From Candidatus Micrarchaeota archaeon (lineage in GTDB: Archaea > Micrarchaeota > Micrarchaeia > Anstonellales > Anstonellaceae): a stretch of 50,513 nucleotides of DNA. The DNA is taken from the NCBI GenBank assembly GCA_018304295.1, contig JAGVWK010000008.1:1-50513 (forward strand), in the 5' to 3' direction. Each line of letters starts with the position of its first letter. Position 1 is the first letter of the stretch. Positions 1-10,342 of this stretch are shown here, piece by piece. Position numbers and translations under genes: made by a program. The notes beneath the pieces were generated by a model that made no database searches, was not told where the DNA came from, and worked only from the letters and a program-made list of their open reading frames with translations.

Positions 1-2
1 CC

Positions 3-1037
3 CTGCTTTACGGCTATTCAAACGCGCGCGTGCGCGCAATGAAGGGCGAGCTTCTCAAAAAGCCCCAGGTGCTTGACCTTCTTGGCGCAAAGACGCAAAA
101 TGGCATAATAGAGATGCTTTCCCACACGCCTTACAAGGAGAATATACTTTCCCTTTCCCTGCGCTTTAAAAACGAGGAGCTCGTAGAGCTTGCGCTTGGG
201 CAAAACTTTGCGTATAACTCTCAAAAGCTGCTTCGCATAGCCCCAAAGCCCAGCCGCCGCGCCCTACTTGCATTCATGGAGCGCTACGACATCCTCAACA
301 TAAAAACAATACTGCTTTCAAAGCGCCTTGGGAAAAAGGGCGAGGAAATGGCGCACTATACCATGGGCGCCGGCTCGCTTTCCTTTGGCGACCTAAAGGC
401 AATGTGGGAGCTTCCTGATGCGCTCTCCGTCCTCTCCTACCTGCGCTACAGCGAAATAGGGCAGAAAATATTTGCAATGCATTCTTTTGCAAAGGCAAAG
501 GAATCCGTGTCAGGCGGAAGGGATTTTGAGCAGCTCTTTGGCATGCTTGACTCGTACTACTACGCATCAGCAACAGCCGCAATAATTGGCACCGGCAAAG
601 ACTCGCAGCTTTTGCGCTCCATCATACTTTCCGAGGCGGACGCAAAAAATGCGCTCACAGTGCTGCGCTGCAAGGCCGCAGGCATGGATACGGAAGGCGC
701 GCTTTTGCATCTTGTAACGTTCGGGACGCTGCAAAAGGGATTTTTTGAGTCCATTGCAAACGAAAAAGACATGAAGGGCGCAATTGCAAAAGTGCGCTCA
801 AAATTTGGCATTGAAGAAAGCAAGGCCCTTTCCCTTTCCATTATTGAGGCAGAGCTTGAATCAAGGCTTGTTGCAACAAGCCTGCGCGCGCTTTCATTTT
901 CCATGATGTCAATAGGTGCGATAGTTGGCTACCTTTTCCTTAAGGAAGAGGAAATGAGCAACATAAGGAAAATATCAAGGGGCAAGGCGCTGGGGCTTTC
1001 CGACGCACAGATTTCGCAAATGCTTGTGTTCGCATAA
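3..1037 (+). CDS. atpC: A/V-type ATP synthase subunit C (5' end probably outside window)
   Basis: Frame is open from base 3 (LLYGYSNARVRAMK, a typical subunit C N-terminus); C-terminal YLFLKEEEMSNIRKI motif; precedes F,A,B,D. Confidence 0.9.
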   Translation: MLYGYSNARVRAMKGELLKKPQVLDLLGAKTQNGIIEMLSHTPYKENILSLSLRFKNEELVELALGQNFAYNSQKLLRIAPKPSRRALLAFMERYDILNIKTILLSKRLGKKGEEMAHYTMGAGSLSFGDLKAMWELPDALSVLSYLRYSEIGQKIFAMHSFAKAKESVSGGRDFEQLFGMLDSYYYASATAAIIGTGKDSQLLRSIILSEADAKNALTVLRCKAAGMDTEGALLHLVTFGTLQKGFFESIANEKDMKGAIAKVRSKFGIEESKALSLSIIEAELESRLVATSLRALSFSMMSIGAIVGYLFLKEEEMSNIRKISRGKALGLSDAQISQMLVFA

Positions 1038-1077
1038 TGGGCTGGAAATGAAGTTGAACCGGAACTGAAGTGATGAA

Positions 1078-1407
1078 ATGGAATTGGACGAAAAAATAGC
1101 AGTGATAGGGAATTCCTCCCTTGTGAGCGGCTTTAGGCTCGCGGGCTTGCGGGATTTTTTCACCCTTGAAGGCAAACAAGCCGAAGACAAGCTCTCAGAG
1201 CTTATCGGCGATCCGACCTACGGGATAATAATACTGGAGGAAAGCATTCTGGAAAAGGCGGACTGGAGGCTCAAGCGGCGCATTGAGGCGATTGCAAAGC
1301 CCGTTGTCGTGAGCGTGCCCTCCCCAAGCGGCCCAATGGAGCAGTCGGAATCCATAAACATGCTTGTGAAAAGGGCACTGGGCTTTGAGCTTGCGGACAA
1401 GAAATGA
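1078..1407 (+). CDS. atpF: A/V-type ATP synthase subunit F
   Basis: KIAVIG...GFRLAG motif, 109 aa, operon position. Confidence 0.93.
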   Translation: MELDEKIAVIGNSSLVSGFRLAGLRDFFTLEGKQAEDKLSELIGDPTYGIIILEESILEKADWRLKRRIEAIAKPVVVSVPSPSGPMEQSESINMLVKRALGFELADKK

Positions 1408-1433
1408 ACGGATAAAATTTACGAGGTGTTAAA

Positions 1434-3176
1434 ATGGGAGCATTAAGCAAAATTTCAGGGCCCGTAGTAGTGGCAGGCGGCATGAAAGGCGCCAAAATGT
1501 ACGATGTCGTGAAAGTGGGGAACGAAAAGCTCATAGGCGAAATAATCCGCCTTGTGGGCGACAACGCAACAATACAGGTTTACGAGGACACTTCGGGCCT
1601 TAAGCCCGGGGAGCCTGTGGAAAGCACGGGCGAGCCGCTCTCAGTGGAACTTGGGCCGGGACTTCTCCAGTCCATTTACGACGGCATCCAGCGCCCCCTT
1701 GACGCTATTGCAAACAAGCACGGCTCTTTCATACCCCGCGGCGTTGCAGTGGCGCCGCTGGACAGGAAAAAGAAATGGGATTTCAAGGCAAAAGTGAAAA
1801 AAGGCGACAAGGTGCAAAAAGGCGACGTGCTTGGCATAGTGCAGGAAACCGACATAGTTGAGCACCGCATACTTGCGCAAACCGACGGCACGGTGCATTC
1901 CATTTCCTCGGGCAAATACACCGTAACAGAAAACGTGGGCTCAATAGACGACGGCAAAAAAAAGCACGATTTCTCCCTTATGCACCGCCATTTCGTCCGC
2001 GAGGCGCGCCCATACGCGCAAAAGTTTGACCCCAACATCCCCCTTGTAACAGGGCAGCGCATTGTTGACATGTTTTTCCCGATTGCAAAAGGCGGCACAG
2101 CATGCGTTCCGGGTCCCTTTGGAAGCGGCAAGACGGTTACGCAGCACCAGTTTGCAAAATGGTCAGACACCCAAATAGTCGTTTACATAGGGTGCGGGGA
2201 GCGCGGCAATGAAATGACTGAAGTGCTTACGGAATTTCCCCACCTTGAGGACCCCAAAACAAAGAAGCCGCTCATGATGCGCACAGTCCTGATAGCAAAC
2301 ACTTCCAACATGCCCGTTGCAGCCCGCGAAGCCTCAGTATATACTGGCATTACGATTGCGGAATACTACCGCGACATGGGATACGACGTTGCGCTCATGG
2401 CGGACTCCACTTCCCGCTGGGCAGAGGCAATGCGCGAGATTGGCGGCCGCCTTGAGGAAATGCCCGGCGAGGAAGGCTACCCCGCATACCTTGCGCGCAG
2501 GCTCGCAGAGTTCTACGAGCGCGCAGGCCGCGTGCAATGCCTTGGCTCTGCCGACCGCAAAGGCTCAGTAACAATAATAGGCGCCGTCTCCCCGCCCGGC
2601 GGGGACATAAACGAGCCTGTTTCGCAAAACACGCTGCGCGTTACCAAGGTGTTCCTTGCGCTTGACGCATCCCTTGCGCAAAGAAGGCACTTCCCAGCAT
2701 TCCACTGGCTGCGCTCCTATTCTCTTTACACCGACACCCTTGACCCGTGGTATGCGAACATTTCCTCGGACTGGATAAGCCTTCGCACGCAATCCATGGC
2801 GCTTTTGCAAAAGGAGGCCGAGCTGCAGGAAATAGTGCAGCTTGTAGGCCCGGACGCGCTGCCTGAAAAGGAGCAGGTAATCCTAGCCGTTACAAAGATG
2901 ATACGCGAGGACTATTTGCAGCAATCCGCTTTCCACGACATAGACACATACTCCAGCATGAAAAAGCAGTATCTGATGCTGCGCAGCATCCTCAAGTTCT
3001 ACGAGCGTGCAACCGCATCAGTTGACCTGGGCGTGCAGCTTAAGCACATGTCAGCAATGAAAGTGCGCGAGAAAATCGGCAGGATGAAGGAAGTGCCGGA
3101 AAAAGAACTCAAGGAGCTTGAATCCCTTGCAGGGGAAATAGAAGGAGAGTTTGACTCCCTTGTAAGAAAGCAATAA
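1434..3176 (+). CDS. atpA: A/V-type ATP synthase subunit A
   Basis: Walker [29 protein letters not shown]; GAGGTG SD; no intein. Confidence 0.98.
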   Translation: MGALSKISGPVVVAGGMKGAKMYDVVKVGNEKLIGEIIRLVGDNATIQVYEDTSGLKPGEPVESTGEPLSVELGPGLLQSIYDGIQRPLDAIANKHGSFIPRGVAVAPLDRKKKWDFKAKVKKGDKVQKGDVLGIVQETDIVEHRILAQTDGTVHSISSGKYTVTENVGSIDDGKKKHDFSLMHRHFVREARPYAQKFDPNIPLVTGQRIVDMFFPIAKGGTACVPGPFGSGKTVTQHQFAKWSDTQIVVYIGCGERGNEMTEVLTEFPHLEDPKTKKPLMMRTVLIANTSNMPVAAREASVYTGITIAEYYRDMGYDVALMADSTSRWAEAMREIGGRLEEMPGEEGYPAYLARRLAEFYERAGRVQCLGSADRKGSVTIIGAVSPPGGDINEPVSQNTLRVTKVFLALDASLAQRRHFPAFHWLRSYSLYTDTLDPWYANISSDWISLRTQSMALLQKEAELQEIVQLVGPDALPEKEQVILAVTKMIREDYLQQSAFHDIDTYSSMKKQYLMLRSILKFYERATASVDLGVQLKHMSAMKVREKIGRMKEVPEKELKELESLAGEIEGEFDSLVRKQ

Positions 3177-3215
3177 TCAAATCAGAATAATCAAACAATA
3201 TAATGGGTGGTAATC

Positions 3216-4595
3216 ATGAAAGAATACAAAACAGTGTCAAAAATTGCAGGCCCTCTTGTGTTTGTTGAGGGGGTGGACGCAATCGGCTACAACGAGATTG
3301 CGGAAATAACGCTTCCCTCTGGAGAGAAGCGCAAGGGGCAGGTGCTTGAAACCTCCAAGGGCGTCGCGGTGGTGCAGATTTTCGGCTCCACAGCAGGCCT
3401 TAACATACCCGACACGCGCGTAAAGTTCCTTGGGGAAACAATGAAGCTTGGCGTTTCAACCGAAATGCTCGGGCGCGTTTTCAACGGCCTTGGCGAGCCG
3501 CGCGACAAGGGGCCAAAAATCATCCCCGAAGCGCGCATTGACATCAACGGCTCCGCAATAAACCCCTATTCGCGCTCGGAGCCGCGCGACTTCATCCAAA
3601 CCGGCGTTTCCACAATAGACGGCATGAACACCCTTGTGCGCGGGCAAAAGCTCCCCATCTTTTCAGGAAGCGGCCTTCCTCACAACGCGCTTGCGGTGCA
3701 AATAGCCCGCCAAGCAAAGGCGGTTTCCTCAAAGGGGGAAAAGTTCGCAGTGGTGTTTGCGGCAGTGGGCATAACGCACGAGGAAAGCTCCTTTTTCATG
3801 CGCGATTTTGAAAAAACCGGCGCCCTTGAGAGGGCGGTGCTTTTCCTTAACCTTGCGGACGACCCGTCCGTTGAGCGCATCATCACCCCCCGCCTTGCCC
3901 TCACAACCGCGGAATACCTTGCATACGAAAAAGACATGCACGTGCTTGTGATAATAACCGACATGACGAACTATTGCGAGGCATTGCGCGAAATCGCATC
4001 CGCGCGCGAAGAGGTGCCCGGAAGGCGCGGCTACCCCGGCTACATGTACACTGACCTGTCCACGATATACGAGCGCGCAGGCTGCATAAAGGGAAGGAAA
4101 GGGACGGTTACGCAGCTTTCCATCCTCACAATGCCCGGCGACGACATCACGCACCCGATTGCGGACCTTACCGGCTACATTACGGAGGGGCAGATAGTGC
4201 TTGGACGGGATTTGCACCGCAAAAACATCTACCCGCCTGTTGACGTTCTTCCCTGCTTGTCAAGGCTCATGAACCTTGGGATTGGAAAAGAGCGCACGCG
4301 CGAGGACCACCGCGGCGTTGCAGACCAGCTTTACGCAGGATACGCAACAGGGCGCGACCTTCGTTCCCTTTCCGCAGTTGTCGGCGAGGAGGCGCTTTCA
4401 GAGAACGATAAGCTCTATTTGAAATTCGCAGACGCGTTTGAGCAGCGCTTCATAAAGCAGGACGCGCACGAGGACCGCACAATAGAGCAGACCCTTGAGC
4501 TTGGCTGGGAGCTCTTTGCAATGCTGCCTGAAAGCGAGCTCAAAAGGCTCAAGAAGGAGTTCATAGAAAAATACGGCAAGAAATACAGGAAGTAA
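3216..4595 (+). CDS. atpB: A/V-type ATP synthase subunit B
   Basis: [29 protein letters not shown]. Confidence 0.98.
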   Translation: MKEYKTVSKIAGPLVFVEGVDAIGYNEIAEITLPSGEKRKGQVLETSKGVAVVQIFGSTAGLNIPDTRVKFLGETMKLGVSTEMLGRVFNGLGEPRDKGPKIIPEARIDINGSAINPYSRSEPRDFIQTGVSTIDGMNTLVRGQKLPIFSGSGLPHNALAVQIARQAKAVSSKGEKFAVVFAAVGITHEESSFFMRDFEKTGALERAVLFLNLADDPSVERIITPRLALTTAEYLAYEKDMHVLVIITDMTNYCEALREIASAREEVPGRRGYPGYMYTDLSTIYERAGCIKGRKGTVTQLSILTMPGDDITHPIADLTGYITEGQIVLGRDLHRKNIYPPVDVLPCLSRLMNLGIGKERTREDHRGVADQLYAGYATGRDLRSLSAVVGEEALSENDKLYLKFADAFEQRFIKQDAHEDRTIEQTLELGWELFAMLPESELKRLKKEFIEKYGKKYRK

Positions 4596-4696
4596 AAACC
4601 GCAACCCATGAAAAAAATGCAGCAACAGCGAACGAAACAGCGAATGTATGCATATTCGTTGTTGCGGTGCATAAATCACAGCAGGAACGTGATAGG

Positions 4697-5362
4697 ATGG
4701 CAGAGAACCCAAACCCGACAAGAATGGAGCTGCTCAATGCGCGCAGCCGCATAAAGCTTGCGCGCAAGGGGCACACGCTCCTTAAGCAAAAGCGCGACGC
4801 TCTCATCCTTGGGTTCTTCAAGATACTCTCAAAGGCAAAGGATTTGCGCGGCCAGCTGAACTCCCAGATGCAAAAATGCTACTCCTCCCTTGCAATCGCG
4901 CAGGCGTATCACGGAATATATGAAGTGGAAAACGCCGCCCTTTCGGTAAAGGAGGCGCAGGGCGTAAACATCAAGGTGCGCAACATAATGGGCGTTAAAA
5001 TCCCTCACATACAATCCAGCGTGCAGGCGCGCACCCTTCTCACGCGCGGCTACTCAATCGTTGGGACAAGCGCAAAAATAGACGAGGTTGCGGAAAACTT
5101 TGAAGCGGCTTTCGCGCTCGTGGTAACCCTCGCAGAGACTGAAAATGCCATACGCAAGCTCATACGCGAAATAGAAAAGACAAAGCGGCGCGTGAACGCC
5201 CTTGAGTTTGTAGTGCTTCCGCGGCTTGAGTCGCAGGCAAAGCTCATCTCATTCCGCCTGCAGGAAATGGAAAGGGACTCCTTTGTGATGCTTAAAATGA
5301 TAAAGAAAAAGCTCAGCGCAAACGCAGCCGCCGCAGAGGAGCAAAAGGCAAAGCCGAATTAA
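4697..5362 (+). CDS. atpD: A/V-type ATP synthase subunit D
   Basis: NPTRMELL...GHTLLKQKRDAL, KTKRRVNALE. Confidence 0.96.
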   Translation: MAENPNPTRMELLNARSRIKLARKGHTLLKQKRDALILGFFKILSKAKDLRGQLNSQMQKCYSSLAIAQAYHGIYEVENAALSVKEAQGVNIKVRNIMGVKIPHIQSSVQARTLLTRGYSIVGTSAKIDEVAENFEAAFALVVTLAETENAIRKLIREIEKTKRRVNALEFVVLPRLESQAKLISFRLQEMERDSFVMLKMIKKKLSANAAAAEEQKAKPN

Positions 5363-5380
5363 AAAAAGAAAATAAAAAGC

Positions 5381-5767
5381 TCAAATGAGCTTTATGTCCC
5401 TCTGCAAGTCCTCCAAATCCTGCTCATGCTCAATCTCATCCTCAAGTATTTTCCTTATGAGGTGGAAGGTTATCGGATCCTTTGTAACCATGATTTTCTT
5501 GAGCATGTCATTGTAGACTTTTATTGCCCATTGCTCGCCCTTTATGTTCTGCTCAATGAGCTTTAGCACGTTAGGGTCCTTTGGCTCGTCATAGCCGCAC
5601 GTTGATTTCTTGACCCACTCCCCGGGGTTGAGTATCGGCGTGCCCCCAAGCTCTATTATCCTTTTTGCAAGCATTTCCGCGTGCTTGAACTCGTCAGCGG
5701 CGTGCTCGCTTAGCTCCGCCTGCACGTTTGGGCCGCTTCTCTTAAATATGTTTCCCTGCATATCCAA
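5381..5767 (-). pseudogene. Dps-like/ferritin-like diiron protein, N-terminally truncated
   Basis: DEFKHAEMLAKRIIELGGTP and EDEIEHEQDL ferritin motifs are present; the first helix (usually DEWLAYYQYW-like) is absent and an in-frame TAG lies just upstream. Confidence 0.7.
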
Positions 5768-5923
5768 CTAACAAACCCCTTAGGTGATATTGATGAGAAA
5801 AGGACAACACGCAAACAGGCTGCAGTCGCGCAAGCGCGTGGCGGCAGGAAAGAAAAAGGCAAAAAAACGCATACAGGAAAACATGTGCAAATGCGACTGC
5901 GAGTGCACGGAATAGTTTTTCTT

Positions 5924-6127
5924 TTATTCCTTCTTTTTCATCTCTCTGTATTTGTGATATTTCCAAACTCCATTAAAATACGCCAACGCACCTGCAAGCA
6001 TGAGTATTAGCGCCAATATGACATAATCCTTATTAAAACTAAGAATTCCGTAAGCTATGCCTACTGCACCAAGACCCAAGCTTGTTTCAAAACCTGCTTC
6101 CCCAAGCAACAGCCATTTGTCCGCCAT
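5924..6127 (-). CDS. Small two-helix membrane protein
   Basis: GAGGTGA SD before ATG 6127; two hydrophobic segments and a basic tail. Confidence 0.65.
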   Translation of the reverse strand: MADKWLLLGEAGFETSLGLGAVGIAYGILSFNKDYVILALILMLAGALAYFNGVWKYHKYREMKKKE

Positions 6128-6246
6128 TTTTTCACCTCGCAAATCCACTTGCACTATATAACGATAGCCCTTTGTATATAAAAGTTAATGCCGCATACCT
6201 CCTTCTTACCAAAACCTTTATATCCTTTCTTCAAAATAATAAACTC

Positions 6247-6780
6247 ATGTTCAAAAAATTGAATTTGTTTTCAAAAACAGAGATGAAGGCGCTCATTTTC
6301 CTATCTGAAAAAGATGGCGAGCTTTACGAGCTTCAAATAGCGCAAGGCGCAGGCATAAGCGCGGCTTCCGCAAATTCCATCCTCAACAAGTTCAGCAAAA
6401 TAGGGCTTATAAAAAAAATCACAAAGGGCAAAATGTCCTTTTACAGGCGCAACGACGAAAACCCCCTTCTTCGCCAGTTCAAGGTTTTCATTAAGGTAAA
6501 CTCCCTGCTGCCGCTTATTGAAAAGGCAGTCCCTCTCTGCAAGCGCATAGTGCTTTTTGGCAGCTGCGCAACAGGCAGGAACGGCGAAAAGAGCGACATA
6601 GACCTCTACTTTCTCTCAAGCGAAAAGAATGCGCTGCGCCGCCTCCTAGAATCAGACCCCAAAATACAGGCAATAATACTAGATAGCGTTGAATATTCCG
6701 CACTTTCCAAAAAAGATAAGCCCCTTTATGGGCGGATAAACGCAGGCATTGAACTTTATGGAGGCGAGCCCTATGGATGA
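6247..6780 (+). CDS. wHTH + minimal nucleotidyltransferase (MNT antitoxin-like)
   Basis: N-terminal HTH; LFGSCATG...SDIDL motif; overlaps the HEPN gene. Confidence 0.9.
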   Translation: MFKKLNLFSKTEMKALIFLSEKDGELYELQIAQGAGISAASANSILNKFSKIGLIKKITKGKMSFYRRNDENPLLRQFKVFIKVNSLLPLIEKAVPLCKRIVLFGSCATGRNGEKSDIDLYFLSSEKNALRRLLESDPKIQAIILDSVEYSALSKKDKPLYGRINAGIELYGGEPYG

Positions 6781-7204
6781 GCGCTTCAGCACTTGTTTGG
6801 CAGAAGGCAAGCTCGTAAAAATCGGATTGCAGCAGGACTTGGTGCAAAAGGAGTTTGATGGCGCAGAATTTGACCTCAAAACCGCGCAAACTTCTCTTTC
6901 TGAAAAAAACCACAAATGGGCAAGCGTGCAGGCATACTACTCAATGTTCCACACTGCAAAGGCGCTTGTGCTCAGCAAGGGCTATCGGGAGAAAAACCAT
7001 TACTGCCTGCGCATTGCGCTCAAGGCTCTTTTCATTGACATCCATCTTCTTGAATCAAAATACATTGAAAGGCTGCGCGATTCCATGAATCTGTGCGAGG
7101 ATGCGGATTACGGGCTCATTTATTCAGACAATTCCGCAAAAGAGGCGGTTGCATGGGCTGCCGAATTCCTGCAAGAAGCAAAAAAACTCATTAAAGGCAA
7201 ATAG
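6773..7204 (+). CDS. HEPN domain protein (MNT-HEPN toxin-like)
   Basis: AYYSMFHTAKALV, KNH, ADY motifs; coupled to the MNT gene. Confidence 0.88.
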   Translation: MDERFSTCLAEGKLVKIGLQQDLVQKEFDGAEFDLKTAQTSLSEKNHKWASVQAYYSMFHTAKALVLSKGYREKNHYCLRIALKALFIDIHLLESKYIERLRDSMNLCEDADYGLIYSDNSAKEAVAWAAEFLQEAKKLIKGK

Positions 7205-7422
7205 GCGTTTCCATGGATTTGGATTTTGAAAAGCCGATTATCTGCCCCTTTTGCGGGGGGATAAAGCCTGAGCAAAAAAACGCAAGGGACGTAAGCTGCC
7301 TTTGCACCTGCCTTGATTGCTCCGACGCAAAGGAGCTTGACTGATTTTACCAATTCCGGACTTCCCTAACAAAAACCTTACATTTAAAAATGGCTTTTCT
7401 TCCAATTATTTGTGGTGTTAAA

Positions 7423-7989
7423 ATGAAAAAATACGTTGCGCTATTCGCACTTTTTGCATCCCTCGTGCTTTTCTATGGCTGCATTGCAGCCCCTTCAGCA
7501 GAGCCGCCAGTTCCGCCAATTGGGGGCGCGAACCAAACAAACCAGTCCAACCAAACAAATCCCAACGCCAATGCAACAGTGTGGCTTTCCTATGAACCCA
7601 TACAATGCGGGGGAAACCCATGGCAGATATGGGAGGCAGAAAGCGGGCGCCAATACATAAGGGCTCCAACCGAAGAGGAAATACTAACCGCATATTACCT
7701 TCAAGTGTACGGCGTGGAAATATTGCAATACCAAAGCAGGTACACGCACGGTATTGTATGCCTTGCATGCTCCTGCCCGCGCGGGGACACAATAAGCATT
7801 GAAGTATACGAAAAAAGCAAGGCAAAAATGCTCTCCCTTGGCTGGAGCGAAGCAACAAAGCCCAAAGACTGCCCTCAGATAATGCCCCCCTCGCCCAATT
7901 TCTGCGAAAACGGCACAATCGTATCCGGAGGCATTGACGACAACGGCTGCGAGCTTGCCCCAGCGTGCATTTTTGAGCCGGACTCGTAG
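7423..7989 (+). CDS. Secreted/lipoprotein-like Cys-rich surface protein (frame continues past TAG to 8136)
   Basis: MKK + hydrophobic stretch + YGC; N/Q/T linker; QCGGNPW, CLACSCPRG and CPQIMPPSPNFC modules. Confidence 0.8.
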   Translation: MKKYVALFALFASLVLFYGCIAAPSAEPPVPPIGGANQTNQSNQTNPNANATVWLSYEPIQCGGNPWQIWEAESGRQYIRAPTEEEILTAYYLQVYGVEILQYQSRYTHGIVCLACSCPRGDTISIEVYEKSKAKMLSLGWSEATKPKDCPQIMPPSPNFCENGTIVSGGIDDNGCELAPACIFEPDS

Positions 7990-8156
7990 GGCAAAATTTA
8001 CATAAGCACAGACAGCGAATCCTGCAGGACAATGCTCTTCCAATGCGCGCAGGGAAAGCAGCCCTTCTTTGACAGCAGCGGCTGCGGGTGCATGGATGCC
8101 AACTCAACTGCAGGAAGCAATTCAACAGGCAACTAAGTGCGCTGCAAAGCTGAAAA

Positions 8157-8309
8157 TAGCCCCGACCAGATTCGAACTGGTGTAACTAGGTTTCTTTCAA
8201 CCGTGACGATTTTCCCTTTTTCCGCCAACGCTTTTTCGCCCGTACCCGCCTGGAGGGCGAAAAAGGGTTGTTCAAAGCCTAGTGTCCTTGGCCGCTAGAC
8301 GACGGGGCT
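8157..8309 (-). tRNA. tRNA-Gln(UUG) with 80-nt canonical 37/38 intron (8192-8271)
   Basis: AGCCCCG/CGGGGCT acceptor stem with A1-U72, CTAGG/CCTAG anticodon stem, TTCGAAT T-loop; BHB with CUUU/AAAG central helix and CAACC/GGUUG intron helix; 73 nt after splicing. Confidence 0.93.
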
Positions 8310-8367
8310 AGCGTGCATTAATATGCAACATTGATATGCAAAAAACAAGTTATAAACTCTATCCTTT

Positions 8368-8820
8368 CTAGCCGCTTGCAACCCTTATCTCCTTCTCCAC
8401 GTTCAAATCCGGCGCAAGCGGTATGTCAAGCTTTACTTTCAGCTTCCACACGGTGATTTTATTGTTTTCCCCATAGTGGTAGTCCGTTGAAGGCGCATTG
8501 GCGGGCAGCACAAATGCCACTTGAAAGTCCTCAGTGGAGAACACCCCTTCACCCGCGACTTTTTTCTCCTGCCGATGCAATATCTTATGCCGATAATCCG
8601 TCTCCTTTTTCACATGCGTGTCCGCGAACATGCCAAGGTCCCGTCTTTGCTGCCTTTCAAAGTCCGTCATCACCCTCTCAATGCTCATCTTTGTCATTTC
8701 ATCGCAGTAGAGGACCGCAACAACGCCGCGCGCTTTTGTTGGCTTGCCGCGCCTAAGGCTTATGGATACGTTTACAGTCTCCCCGGGCGCATACTCCTCC
8801 TTGTCAGTGGTTACAATCAT
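8368..8820 (-). CDS. SpoOM/arrestin-N-like beta-sandwich protein
   Basis: YAPGETVNV...FVLPANAPST...WKLKVKLDIP pattern; AGGTG SD. Confidence 0.6.
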   Translation of the reverse strand: MIVTTDKEEYAPGETVNVSISLRRGKPTKARGVVAVLYCDEMTKMSIERVMTDFERQQRRDLGMFADTHVKKETDYRHKILHRQEKKVAGEGVFSTEDFQVAFVLPANAPSTDYHYGENNKITVWKLKVKLDIPLAPDLNVEKEIRVASG

Positions 8821-8828
8821 TTTAGCAC

Positions 8829-10283
8829 CTAATATTGCCGCGCAACATAAACATATTCCGCAGCATCTTTCCCGCACACAATGCATTTTTCCCCCTGCGG
8901 CTTTTCCTCGGCATCATAGCGGGTTCCGCGCACGTCCCCTGCTGTTTTGCCTTTTATCTCATCCGCGCAGCCCTTCCCTTCAATTTCCATTGTGCAAAAC
9001 GCGACTTTCACAAGCTTCCCTGCCTTAAGCTCTTTTTCAAGCTCGCTCATCTGCTTTGCGCTTGCAAGCGTGGCAGCGAATTTCTCATCCGCCTTTTTCT
9101 TAAGAACGGAAATCATTCCTGAACCAATTCTCCCTATCTCGCCTGCAAGCTCGCCGGCTTTCACGTGTGCTTTCTCGCCGCTAACGCGGTTCGCAACAAC
9201 AAACTCGTTGCTCTGTAGCTCGCGCAGCCCAACTTCCACGCGCACGCATGCGCCCTTAAGCTCCCAATGGTTGTACTTAAAGCCCGGCGTATTGTCGCTC
9301 TTGTCCACAACAACCCGCAACCCTGCATCTTTAAGAATTGCGCCAATCTCGTCCGCCTTTTTCTCAAGGTTTTCGTTTTTTTCGCCCTTTTTGGGTATTG
9401 GCACAACAACAACCTGCACTGGCGCAAGCTCAAATGGCAGCACAAGCCCCCTGTCATCCCCGTGCGTTGATATTAGCGCTGCGTATATGCGCGAAATCGC
9501 AGGCCCATAGCACGTCTGCCAGCAATACTCATGCTTTCCGCTTTCGTCCTGATACTTGACATCAAACGCCTTTGCAAAATTCTGCCCCAAAAGATGCGTT
9601 GAGGGAAGCTGCAATACCCTTCCGTCCGGCATCATGCAGTCCGCGGCATAGGTGTTTAGCGCCCCGGGAAACTTGTCCCACTGCGGCCTGCAGAAAAATA
9701 CAAACGGAACCCCGAACTGCCCGTGTATCACGTGCTGCGCCATTTCCATGTCCTGCTTTACCTGCGCAACGCTTTCCTCATACGTCTCAAACGCATCATG
9801 CGCCTCTATCCAGTAGAACTCGCGGCTGCGTATGAAAGGCCGCGTTGCCTTTGTCTCATGCCTCCACACTTGCGAGGAGTGGTAAATTTTAATCGGCAAA
9901 TCCTTTTTCCCCTGCACCCAAAGCGAATACATCTGGTACATGGAAGTTTCGGAAGTGGGGCGCATTGCAAGCTTCTCTTCAAGCGGATTTCCTCCGGCCT
10001 CAGTAACCCAGAAAACGTCAGGCGCAAATCCCTTCACGTGCTCGCCTTCCTTTGTAAAGTTGCCTTCAGGAATGAGCGCAGGGAACCACGCAGGCAAATG
10101 CCCCGTCTTCTCAAGCTCAGCCTCATACATGCGGTACATCCTCATCATGCTCATTACGGACCATGGCTGGAAAACAACAAACCCCTTCACATTATAGCGT
10201 ATGTCCGCGAGCTCCGCCTCTTTTATGAGCTCGGTATACCATTCCGAAAAGTTAGCGTCTTTTTTATTTTGCATAACCATCAC
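8829..10283 (-). CDS. proS: Proline--tRNA ligase (archaeal/eukaryotic type)
   Basis: FSEWY, MRPTSET, RHETKATRPFIRSREFYW, HLLGQNFAK, C-terminal Zn domain ending ARQY. Confidence 0.97.
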   Translation of the reverse strand: MMVMQNKKDANFSEWYTELIKEAELADIRYNVKGFVVFQPWSVMSMMRMYRMYEAELEKTGHLPAWFPALIPEGNFTKEGEHVKGFAPDVFWVTEAGGNPLEEKLAMRPTSETSMYQMYSLWVQGKKDLPIKIYHSSQVWRHETKATRPFIRSREFYWIEAHDAFETYEESVAQVKQDMEMAQHVIHGQFGVPFVFFCRPQWDKFPGALNTYAADCMMPDGRVLQLPSTHLLGQNFAKAFDVKYQDESGKHEYCWQTCYGPAISRIYAALISTHGDDRGLVLPFELAPVQVVVVPIPKKGEKNENLEKKADEIGAILKDAGLRVVVDKSDNTPGFKYNHWELKGACVRVEVGLRELQSNEFVVANRVSGEKAHVKAGELAGEIGRIGSGMISVLKKKADEKFAATLASAKQMSELEKELKAGKLVKVAFCTMEIEGKGCADEIKGKTAGDVRGTRYDAEEKPQGEKCIVCGKDAAEYVYVARQY

Positions 10284-10342
10284 TTAACGCCATGAATTGC
10301 ATTACAATGCTTTAAAACCTTCTTGCACAAATCCCTCCTTGT

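Noticed and set aside
1434-4595. Inteins in atpA/atpB
   Set aside because: Normal lengths and uninterrupted motifs.
4596-4680. Hairpin between atpB and atpD as an ncRNA
   Set aside because: Short imperfect stem built from local repeats; no recognisable family.
7987-7989. Genome-wide TAG reassignment
   Set aside because: TAG ends many full-length genes here (for example at 34071, 38790, 43225, 46530).
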